DNA of 38,391 bases from a virus (lineage: Duplodnaviria; Caudoviricetes), in the IMG/VR virus record IMGVR_UViG_3300046787_000259, positions 1-38,391 of that record; one strand, written 5' to 3'. The position numbers were made by a program, and so were the translations under genes. Positions 17,038 to 24,618 of this stretch are shown piece after piece. The notes below the pieces were generated by a model that was not told the DNA's origin, did not search any database, and saw nothing but the letters and a program-made list of their open reading frames with translations. The first letter of the stretch is position 1. Every line of letters starts with the position of its first letter.

Positions 17038-18093
17038 ATGAAAATTGCAGTATATACAATTGCTCTAAACGAAGAGCAGTTTGTAGAGCGTTGGTATAAG
17101 AGCGCCAAAGATGCTGACTACCTGTTAATAGCAGATACTGGTAGTACGGATAAAACTGTAGCTTTTGCTAAGAAGCTTGGTATTGAAGTCATAAACATAT
17201 CCGTCAAGCCTTGGCGCTTTGATGATGCACGTAATGCGTCATTGGCCGCGCTCCCATTGGATGCCGATATCTGCGTACAACTTGATATGGATGAGATCCT
17301 ACTTCCAGGATGGCGTGATGAGGTCGAGCAGGCTTTTGCATTAGGCGCGACAAGAATTAGATACAACTACACCTGGAATTGGAAAGACGAGGCTCAGACT
17401 ATTCCAGCTACCACTTTTGGTGGCGACAAGATCCACGCTAGACGTGGGTATAGATGGAAGCATCCAGTACACGAAGTTATCGTTCCGTATGGCGATACGC
17501 AGGAGAAACAGGTCTGGACTCAGCTGAATCTCCACCATCACCCAGATAACACTAAATCGCGCTCCCAGTATTTGCCGCTGCTCAAGCAGTCCACCCTCGA
17601 AGATCCGTATGACGATAGGAACGCATACTACTACGCTAGGGAGCTATTTTTCTACAGACAATACGACGAAGCTGCCAAAGAGTTTAAGCGGCACCTAGAG
17701 CTCCCTACGGCAACATGGGCGCCAGAGCGTGCAGCGTCTATGAGGTACCTAGCCAAAATAGAGTTAGATAATCGTGAAGATTGGTTGATAAAGGCCTATA
17801 TGCAGGCCCCAGGGAGAAGAGAGCCGCTGGTCGAGCTTGCTCAGCACTTTTATCAGTCGGAGTCCTGGGCAGCATGTCTACACTTTGCCCGCAAAGCACT
17901 AGAGATAGAAGAAAAACCACTAGACTTTCTTTGCGAGGATTTTGCTTGGGGGTACTTACCCTGGGACCTAGCTGCCATATCTTCCTACTGGCTAGATGAA
18001 AAAGATCAAGCCGTTATATATGGGACTACAGCTTTAGAGATGAGCCCAGATGACTCTAGGCTTCAAGAAAATATGAAATTTTATACTAGCTAA
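17038..18093 (+). CDS. Family 2 glycosyltransferase with C-terminal TPR repeats
   Basis: IALNEE, DTGSTDKT, FDDARNASL, DXD (LDMDE) and HPVHE, followed by helical TPR-like repeats (YYYARELFFYRQYDEA, REPLVELAQHFY). Confidence 0.9.
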   Translation: MKIAVYTIALNEEQFVERWYKSAKDADYLLIADTGSTDKTVAFAKKLGIEVINISVKPWRFDDARNASLAALPLDADICVQLDMDEILLPGWRDEVEQAFALGATRIRYNYTWNWKDEAQTIPATTFGGDKIHARRGYRWKHPVHEVIVPYGDTQEKQVWTQLNLHHHPDNTKSRSQYLPLLKQSTLEDPYDDRNAYYYARELFFYRQYDEAAKEFKRHLELPTATWAPERAASMRYLAKIELDNREDWLIKAYMQAPGRREPLVELAQHFYQSESWAACLHFARKALEIEEKPLDFLCEDFAWGYLPWDLAAISSYWLDEKDQAVIYGTTALEMSPDDSRLQENMKFYTS

Positions 18094-18094
18094 T

Positions 18095-18841
18095 CTAGTA
18101 AACGTCTCTATCGTGATACATCTTCCAGTAGTTTGATGTTGACTCATACCCTGTTGGAAGCATAGCCGATAGGCTCTCATTCATAGCTCTACGCCTAGAG
18201 AACACTAGAAAATTTGGTTCCATCGGATCATTAAAGACATGAGTCGGATGGTTGTCCAGCATTATTGTATCGCCAACGAGGATATTAGAAGCAGAGTTGC
18301 CTTTTTGATATTCCGCTACAGCGCGGCCTAATACTATAGGACCAGTTATCCCATGCTGGTGGTGGGAGTAGCTCTCATTCATAATATTTTTAGTGGCGCT
18401 ATTTATAGCCTCTAGTAAAATTTCATGTCCTGGATGTCTAAACCACATTACGGTGTTACCCATGACTATCGTGTCGCCACTAGACGGCACGTCTCTGAAT
18501 AGGACTATTTGAAAATCTTCACTATATCTAGATAAAAGAGATGGATCTAAAATCTGAGCAGTCAGATCAAAGTACCATCCGCCGAGCACGTATAGTATGC
18601 AATACCTAGCCAAATCAGCCTTATATGCCAAAGGTTTTATTTTTTCGAATGCAGCTAGAACTTCTGGAGCAAAGTTATTCGATAGTAGTTCTTTAATATC
18701 GGACCCCAGCCACAAGGTGTGAGGCCCAGGCATGGCACTCTTTATAGCCTCTATTTTAGCTACAGGAGCTCTATCAATCTCGCCTCTAGAGAGCAATATC
18801 TGATGAACCGCCGAGTCAGCAGCAATATCAGCTAAAGACAT
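18095..18841 (-). CDS. GT32 / Gly_transf_sug-type (OCH1-like) glycosyltransferase
   Basis: VHQI, KADLARYCILYVLGGWYFD and ITGPIVLG motifs. The second Asp of DXD is replaced by Thr. Confidence 0.82.
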   Translation of the reverse strand: MSLADIAADSAVHQILLSRGEIDRAPVAKIEAIKSAMPGPHTLWLGSDIKELLSNNFAPEVLAAFEKIKPLAYKADLARYCILYVLGGWYFDLTAQILDPSLLSRYSEDFQIVLFRDVPSSGDTIVMGNTVMWFRHPGHEILLEAINSATKNIMNESYSHHQHGITGPIVLGRAVAEYQKGNSASNILVGDTIMLDNHPTHVFNDPMEPNFLVFSRRRAMNESLSAMLPTGYESTSNYWKMYHDRDVY

Positions 18842-19299
18842 TAGATATCTTTTTTCTCGTTCTGGATATGATAGGTATCGACTGCATTTGCACTAGTACG
18901 ACTTTGCCAAACAAAATCACAGCTGGTGCATCGAACAACTCTCATTGTTGCCCAGCGGCCCCCGTCAGGTCTGTCTACGGTAGCGGTCTCTAGATACTTA
19001 GTTTTTGCTCTACATCCAGGGCAAAGAGGGAATCTCTTGTAGCGCATTTCTTGTCCGTCCCAGTTAACTGACAGAGTATTCCTAATCTCCCCTGAATCTA
19101 AGCCACCCCAAATTCCCCATATTTGCTTATTATCCAGGGCCCACTTAGCGCAGTCGCGACGTACAGGACACTGCCCGCACATCTTTTTAGCCTCCCACTG
19201 CTGAGACGGTTTATTAGCGAAGAAACTGTCTACTTTATCAGCGTTCTCCAGCTTCGAGCACTCCGCATCTTCATGCCAGTCAGGGGAGTCAAATAACAT
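18841..19299 (-). CDS. whiB: WhiB-family Fe-S transcription factor with an extra C-terminal zinc ribbon
   Basis: W...AEC...AKKMCGQCPVRRDC..WAL...WGIWGG gives four Cys and the G(I/V)WGG turn. The extension carries CPGC...CTSC. Confidence 0.9.
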   Translation of the reverse strand: MLFDSPDWHEDAECSKLENADKVDSFFANKPSQQWEAKKMCGQCPVRRDCAKWALDNKQIWGIWGGLDSGEIRNTLSVNWDGQEMRYKRFPLCPGCRAKTKYLETATVDRPDGGRWATMRVVRCTSCDFVWQSRTSANAVDTYHIQNEKKDI

Positions 19300-19627
19300 A
19301 TGGTACCTCTACGAATGTTGCATCATATTCCAGCTCTATGTCATCGTACTCAGCGTAGATGGGAGATAGCTCATCGCCATCCTCATAGTAGTAGCCAGCC
19401 CTAGTCTCTATGCCAGAGTTAATCATCGTATAGGCTTCACCCAGCGACTCGACTAAACCCTCGCGCTGTATCTGCCTAGCTAGCGACTTCTTAGCTACCT
19501 CGTCGGTATCTAAATATAAATGTTCGCCAATAAAGAAGATTACAGAGTCGGAGTGCAGTTGTCTAGGGAACTCGTCGCCCTCCCACATGAGCCATGTGGG
19601 CGCAATGAATTGCTTTTTACGTTGCAT
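19289..19627 (-). CDS. Hypothetical protein (112 aa, acidic C-terminus)
   Basis: Co-oriented ORF overlapping the whiB start by 11 bp. Confidence 0.65.
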   Translation of the reverse strand: MQRKKQFIAPTWLMWEGDEFPRQLHSDSVIFFIGEHLYLDTDEVAKKSLARQIQREGLVESLGEAYTMINSGIETRAGYYYEDGDELSPIYAEYDDIELEYDATFVEVPYVI

Positions 19628-19678
19628 GGTATAAATTTATCTACCTAAACGCAGCAGGTGCCGTGAATTACAAATTAT

Positions 19679-20629
19679 CTATAGACCGCGCTTGTCTAGC
19701 TCTTCGATAAATAGTTCTGCCATATGCAAATGGGCATGTGCCCCCATATGGTCCCCGCCTCTACCTATGTCCCACACTGATATATTTTTATCATTATAGT
19801 GGCAGTCTTTTTTCATATTATCCGCAGCGTGTATGCATCCGCCCTTACCGCCAGATTTTTGGTAGTCAGAGACTATATAGTTGGCAAAAGGAATAGGGTC
19901 ACCACCCCGCTGAGCTAGAAGATTCCCCGCGGTCAATAGCCTATGAAGTACTGTGCTCCAGGTAGAGTATACTAAGTTTATTTTTAAAGCCTTGCAGAGT
20001 TCTTCTATGGTTAGCAGGCTTTGTATGTTCAAATACGCTGCCCATCGTCTACTAAGGACGTCCTCCGCCGCGTGTGGTTTTTTGGAGTACTTAGACTCCA
20101 AATCTCCTATCCCGCCTATGTCGGAGATTAGCCTATTAAATTTATTACTGGAAACTAACGTATGTTCATCTTGTACAAGAGTTATGCGAGTGTCTGGATT
20201 AGGTAGTAGCAGTAGCAAATGTTCGGGGGCACCGTTGGCGCGTATGTGACGCACTAGTCCAGTAGTTATCCCTAAAATACTTGCCCCTCCCATGCCTAAG
20301 TTTAAGTTGTCATGAGCGTCTAAATACTCCCCTACTAATTCACCCCATATGAGCTTTTTAGTCTTTTCATAGGCAAATGGAGCTCCTTCAGGGGCATCAG
20401 ATAGATACTCACCCATAGTCTCCGAGCACCCACTATACACGTACTTATAGTGTCTGTCGTAGTCCTGGTGGTAGAGCTGGTCTTTAGTGGCAAATCTGTC
20501 TAACGACATAAACTTTCTAAAATCCATATCACTGAGATCGGCGAGATAGCTAATGTCAAGTATGGGGTCATTGTCGTCGGGTGCTGATAGGTACTCGGAA
20601 ATGCTAAAAGCCGAAGGCTCCTGTGACAC
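19679..20629 (-). CDS. SGNH/GDSL-hydrolase-like protein
   Basis: Block I-like SGCSETMG, block II-like NLGMGGAS, and C-terminal GDHMGAHAH. The start codon is uncertain. Confidence 0.6.
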   Translation of the reverse strand: MSQEPSAFSISEYLSAPDDNDPILDISYLADLSDMDFRKFMSLDRFATKDQLYHQDYDRHYKYVYSGCSETMGEYLSDAPEGAPFAYEKTKKLIWGELVGEYLDAHDNLNLGMGGASILGITTGLVRHIRANGAPEHLLLLLPNPDTRITLVQDEHTLVSSNKFNRLISDIGGIGDLESKYSKKPHAAEDVLSRRWAAYLNIQSLLTIEELCKALKINLVYSTWSTVLHRLLTAGNLLAQRGGDPIPFANYIVSDYQKSGGKGGCIHAADNMKKDCHYNDKNISVWDIGRGGDHMGAHAHLHMAELFIEELDKRGL

Positions 20630-20858
20630 TTTGTTTCACCGACCCATACACAGTGATTTGGAATATCTTAGCTTCTACCGAGGTCTCTATTTCAGAAATA
20701 GTTTCTGCTTTAGGGTATGAAACTCTTAGCTCTATAGACACACTATCCTCTACAGACTCTTCAGGTATCTCTAAAAATCTAGATATCTCCTTAAGCGCGA
20801 TAGCTTTCGCTTCGGTAACCGTCTCGGCAACAATATTCAACTCGAATCCAGTACGCAT
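20604..20858 (-). CDS. Hypothetical protein (84 aa)
   Basis: Start overlaps the upstream stop at 20858 and the ORF follows the operon direction. Confidence 0.7.
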   Translation of the reverse strand: MRTGFELNIVAETVTEAKAIALKEISRFLEIPEESVEDSVSIELRVSYPKAETISEIETSVEAKIFQITVYGSVKQSVTGAFGF

Positions 20859-21295
20859 TAGCTGGCCTTCTTGTAGCGTTTCTCTAGCTTGTACGGGGAG
20901 TAGTGGACGCCCTTAAGTTCAGGAGACTTACCGTCAGTTGAGTTAATGATTACGTCTCCGTAGCGAACAGCAATCACCTTTCCGACTCTAGAGTTGTGCA
21001 TTGGTCCAATGTCGCCTCTGAAGGCATCTGACTTTACTCGCACAACGTCACCTAAACTGATCTGACCTGGCTGTAGCGGACGCCAATCGTAATCTGCCTC
21101 GTTCTCTTCTTCCTTAACTGCATATCCTCTAGCAAGCTTAGGAAACACGGTTAAAACTTCATCCAACATCGCATCACTAAGCTTCGGCATATCGGCCCAG
21201 GCATCTAGCAATCTTAGGATTGCCTTACCCGATCCAACTTTAACCTTGGCGGCAGCAAGCTGCTCGTTAATCCAGTCTTTATTAATTTCTGGCAC
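20858..21295 (-). CDS. Hypothetical protein with a C-terminal SH3/KOW-like barrel
   Basis: Coupled at both ends. GDVVRVK...GKVIAVRYGDVII beta pattern. Confidence 0.7.
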   Translation of the reverse strand: MPEINKDWINEQLAAAKVKVGSGKAILRLLDAWADMPKLSDAMLDEVLTVFPKLARGYAVKEEENEADYDWRPLQPGQISLGDVVRVKSDAFRGDIGPMHNSRVGKVIAVRYGDVIINSTDGKSPELKGVHYSPYKLEKRYKKAS

Positions 21296-22299
21296 TATAT
21301 TCTCTCCTTAGCAGAGTCTATGAGTAGGTGCTCTAACATACGTAGTGACTCTTCTTTACTACTAATACTACTAAAATAAACATCCCTTTGAGTAGCAGCA
21401 AGCGCCTGGCGTTCGGCTGGGCTCATGTCCTCGATCTGATATGCCAATACTGCCCACGCAGCACTGAAATCTTTAGTGTCAGGCCAGTAAGTGGCAATAG
21501 GAGTGGAAGTGTTTAAGGCCTGAATAACCCTGTAATTCCACCAAGTAGTGGAGTTCCTCTCCTGAGGAGGAAGGATAAGGCCAACGCTACCACGTATAGT
21601 TGATAAAGCGTACTCGTCATCGGTTTTTCTACCTATTTTTGTAGCCAGTTGCGGAAAAACTAGAGTCTTATATAGCCCCTGTAGCCATGAGCTCTTAGGG
21701 TTTTCCACTGCCCATACGTCTAATCTGCCAATTCTTGTAGGCTCCAGATCGAGCAACGATGCATCTAGGTTAATGCCCACCAAGTTGTGTACTGAGGCAA
21801 ATCCAAGCAGTGAGGCCACCTTCTCGTCTGAGTTCCAGGGGAGGCTAGGGTAGATAATAGTTGGCCAAGTACTACCAGATAGGTAGTCTGATACTTTAGA
21901 TAAGATGCCTTGATTAGCTGTAATGGAAGTATAGCCCTCCCGCTTACTGTAGTACGCGCCTAGCAAGATTTGAGGGTTACGGACTACAGCCTTAATGCTA
22001 TTTCTATATTGCCAAACCTGAGGGCTGTCTAAGACGAGCTTCAGCTTAGGTGATTCGAACATCAAACCTAAAACATTAAGTGCCCCATACAATTTATTTG
22101 CACTTAGAGACGTTGGTGGCATGAAACCAAAAATTATCTGGTCATACTTATCTAAATCTTCAAATGTCCAAGATGTACTAGGGGACATCCATGTGACATC
22201 AGCAAACTCGGCGATCGAGTCGGCCAGGAGCGTAAAGAAGCTCACATTATCTGGGCGCTTGCAGTGGTGCGACCCCATACCAGTTATTAATACCTTCAT
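21295..22299 (-). CDS. Putative GT-B fold glycosyltransferase-like protein, possibly DNA-modifying
   Basis: Rossmann-like MKVLITG start and a C-terminal GLILPP...WWNYRVIQALN...PIAT segment resembling the GT-B nucleotide-sugar-binding helix. Located at the end of the replication operon. Confidence 0.5.
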   Translation of the reverse strand: MKVLITGMGSHHCKRPDNVSFFTLLADSIAEFADVTWMSPSTSWTFEDLDKYDQIIFGFMPPTSLSANKLYGALNVLGLMFESPKLKLVLDSPQVWQYRNSIKAVVRNPQILLGAYYSKREGYTSITANQGILSKVSDYLSGSTWPTIIYPSLPWNSDEKVASLLGFASVHNLVGINLDASLLDLEPTRIGRLDVWAVENPKSSWLQGLYKTLVFPQLATKIGRKTDDEYALSTIRGSVGLILPPQERNSTTWWNYRVIQALNTSTPIATYWPDTKDFSAAWAVLAYQIEDMSPAERQALAATQRDVYFSSISSKEESLRMLEHLLIDSAKERI

Positions 22300-22320
22300 G
22301 ATATCCCTAGATAGGTGTAG

Positions 22321-22342
22321 CGGGGCACCTTTCGATGCCCCG
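22321..22342 (-). terminator. GC-rich hairpin with a GAAA tetraloop after the SSB gene
   Basis: The minus strand reads CGGGGCATC-GAAA-GGTGCCCCG (9-bp stem, one G-U pair), 12 nt past the stop. There is no U-tract. Confidence 0.7.
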
Positions 22343-22354
22343 CATACAGCTTTA

Positions 22355-22903
22355 TTAGAACGGTGTATCTGCGCTAGCGATTGGAGCAGCTGGCGCTGGA
22401 GCAGGTGCAGGTGCGGCAGCTGGCGCTGGAGCAGGTGCAGGTGCAGGTGCAGCAGCTACTGGAGCAGCAGTCGCGGCGGCGGCAACACCCTGTGAGGGGA
22501 AGTAGCTCTTGATCTCGTTACCCTGCTTGCCGTTGTAGGTGCGGATAGCAATCTTCCCGCGGAAAGTGCGGTGCGCAAGCGCCTGCTCTACCTGAGCAGG
22601 GGTAGGATTTGCCAACCAGTAGTCCTTAGATAGGCCAAGTGCAGCACCCTTACCAAAGAAAATGTTCATAGCAGTTTCGTTATCTGCTGAAACGACCCAC
22701 TGGTCCCAGATGCGGCGCTTAGCATAAGGGCCACCCTGAACTTCAGTAGTCAGCTTAAACATAAGCTTGCCAGTAGAGGTAGTTGTTGCTGTAGCCTCTA
22801 CTACCTTTAGCTCGTAGTCACCCTCTGGTAGAGGTTCGTAGTTGGTGCTAGCTGCGGCATCTCCAGCCTTAGCGTAAAGTTCTGCGAAATTTACAGTACT
22901 CAT
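22355..22903 (-). CDS. DUF669-like single-stranded DNA-binding protein
   Basis: YEPLPEGDYELKV...GKLMFKL...RRIWD OB-like core, Ala/Pro linker, and DTPF C-terminal tip. Follows the Sak4-like ATPase. Confidence 0.85.
   Translation of the reverse strand: MSTVNFAELYAKAGDAAASTNYEPLPEGDYELKVVEATATTTSTGKLMFKLTTEVQGGPYAKRRIWDQWVVSADNETAMNIFFGKGAALGLSKDYWLANPTPAQVEQALAHRTFRGKIAIRTYNGKQGNEIKSYFPSQGVAAAATAAPVAAAPAPAPAPAPAAAPAPAPAPAAPIASADTPF
22386..22444. repeat. 29-bp direct repeat (30-bp period) in the SSB Ala-Pro linker
   Basis: gcagctggcgctggagcaggtgcaggtgc at 22386 and 22416. Confidence 0.9.
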
Positions 22904-22909
22904 AATTTA

Positions 22910-23680
22910 TTACTCTGCTTTCTTTGTTGTTGTTGTTGCAGCCTTCTTCTCTCCGAAGACCATATCCAGCATGCGTTCGACCCCGAGGTCTTGCTGCTGT
23001 ACTACCTTACCGAGACGCCCTTGGACGCGCTCTCCAGCTTCCCATTCAGGGGTACGCTCTACATACATGCGTCTTACCTTGAATGCTGGCTGCATTGGAT
23101 CAGGATTAGGTTCCGTCTCCACTGTGATTGCGCCCAGAATGTCATAGAAATACGGGGCTTGAATTGCTAGCTGACCCTGCAGGTAAGGACGGTATACGCC
23201 ATCCTGACCCTTACGAGCCATAGCAGTCAACACTACAGCCTCGAGAGGCTGAGTTGGGTGCATTGTCAAGTCGCGAAGGTCGCGAAGTAGTGCACCCATG
23301 TGGCGAAGCAATTCGCCCCACTGCTGCATCTTCATCTGTTCGGTCCCTGCAATGTTGTCCATGCACTTAACCTGCAACTCAGAAATTGAGTCGATGATCA
23401 AGGACTTGAACTGGTGCTTACCTGACTGCAACCACTGGAAGGCCTTCATGACAACATCGTAGTTATTTACTTTAACTACAACGGTGTCCCAAGTCCCGTC
23501 TGCCAGCGGTGGCTCTTCAGTAAGTGGATCCCAATACTTAACGTTGATTGGTAGGAAACGGTGCCCACCCTCAACATCTAGCATTAGGCGTGGGTATGGT
23601 GCCGTGACTGCAAAGCTGGACTTACCAACTTTAGATTCGCCATAAACCATAATTGTTAAACTGCGATCGACGTCTGACAT
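22910..23680 (-). CDS. AAA_24 / Sak4-like ATPase (recombination)
   Basis: Walker A YGESKVGKS, LDVEGG and Walker B LIIDSISE. Located between the nuclease and the SSB. Confidence 0.87.
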   Translation of the reverse strand: MSDVDRSLTIMVYGESKVGKSSFAVTAPYPRLMLDVEGGHRFLPINVKYWDPLTEEPPLADGTWDTVVVKVNNYDVVMKAFQWLQSGKHQFKSLIIDSISELQVKCMDNIAGTEQMKMQQWGELLRHMGALLRDLRDLTMHPTQPLEAVVLTAMARKGQDGVYRPYLQGQLAIQAPYFYDILGAITVETEPNPDPMQPAFKVRRMYVERTPEWEAGERVQGRLGKVVQQQDLGVERMLDMVFGEKKAATTTTKKAE

Positions 23681-24618
23681 TACTCCTCACTTCCCTTCTT
23701 TTCTTCGATTCCGTAGTAACCGTATGGGTCGGATGACACAAACGCATCGCTCAGAGCGGCCTCTGCTGCCGAGCCGTCGTCAAACAGCGGGCAGGTTGCG
23801 AAGAATTGACACTTCCACTTGCAGTCTTTACTCGGCTTCGGGTAGACGTGCTTAAAGTGGCTCCCTCCTTCATCCAACGCGTCACGGACGCGAAGCATGT
23901 CTTCAAGAGTGCCTTCCAATTGCTCTAGAAAGGCGCGAAGTGTAAATCTATTGTGACGAACTTCAATCTGGTCATAGAACGGTGGCTTAGCGTAAGCACC
24001 GCGCTTAACCTTACGAAGCATCGTAAAAATGGCACCATCGGTACGGTTGCCATCCTCTGCACTCTGAACTTCGTCCAGAAGCATGTAAGTCTTGACCTGC
24101 TCATTCATGTGAGCCATAGACCCAAAGTCAGCAAACGAGCCACCAACGGTCTTGAAGTCACGAATCATACGAGCGCCATCAATCTTACGACGAACACGCA
24201 TATCAATCTTTCCCTGAAGAATTACTCGACCATCCATCATTGGACGCTCTAGGATCTCTTCAGTCGAGATCATTTCAAGTTCTGCATCGATGCCCTCGTG
24301 CTCTACCCATTCTAAGTAGCCCTCAAGCATTACACGACCTAGTTCTGCATCAGCTTCTAGGTTTGTCGTGTCACGGTAGCTGTCATTCATCTTCTTCAAG
24401 TCCTCACGGACTAAGTCAGCGTGGGCCTCTAGTAGATCTTGACCAGTCGAGTAGTGACGGTCTAGAGCCTCGTGGATACGTGAACCTAGTGCCAATGCAC
24501 CTGTGAATTCTGTAACCTTCGGCTTTAGGCGACGGTAGTAGGTTAGCCACCAGCGACGACGGCAATCCTTAAATGTTTGAATCTCCGAGTTGGAGATACG
24601 TACTGGAACTACACTCAT
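23680..24618 (-). CDS. Cas4/RecB-like PD-(D/E)xK exonuclease
   Basis: ISNSEIQTFKDCRRRW, GSRIHEAL, GKID, DFKT, Q...Y, and C-terminal C.WKCQF...C. Confidence 0.9.
   Translation of the reverse strand: MSVVPVRISNSEIQTFKDCRRRWWLTYYRRLKPKVTEFTGALALGSRIHEALDRHYSTGQDLLEAHADLVREDLKKMNDSYRDTTNLEADAELGRVMLEGYLEWVEHEGIDAELEMISTEEILERPMMDGRVILQGKIDMRVRRKIDGARMIRDFKTVGGSFADFGSMAHMNEQVKTYMLLDEVQSAEDGNRTDGAIFTMLRKVKRGAYAKPPFYDQIEVRHNRFTLRAFLEQLEGTLEDMLRVRDALDEGGSHFKHVYPKPSKDCKWKCQFFATCPLFDDGSAAEAALSDAFVSSDPYGYYGIEEKKGSEE

Noticed and set aside
23680-24618. Cas4-like gene as evidence of a CRISPR-Cas system
   Set aside because: No cas1/cas2 or array is present. Its context (Sak4-like ATPase, SSB, helicase) is the usual phage recombination module.
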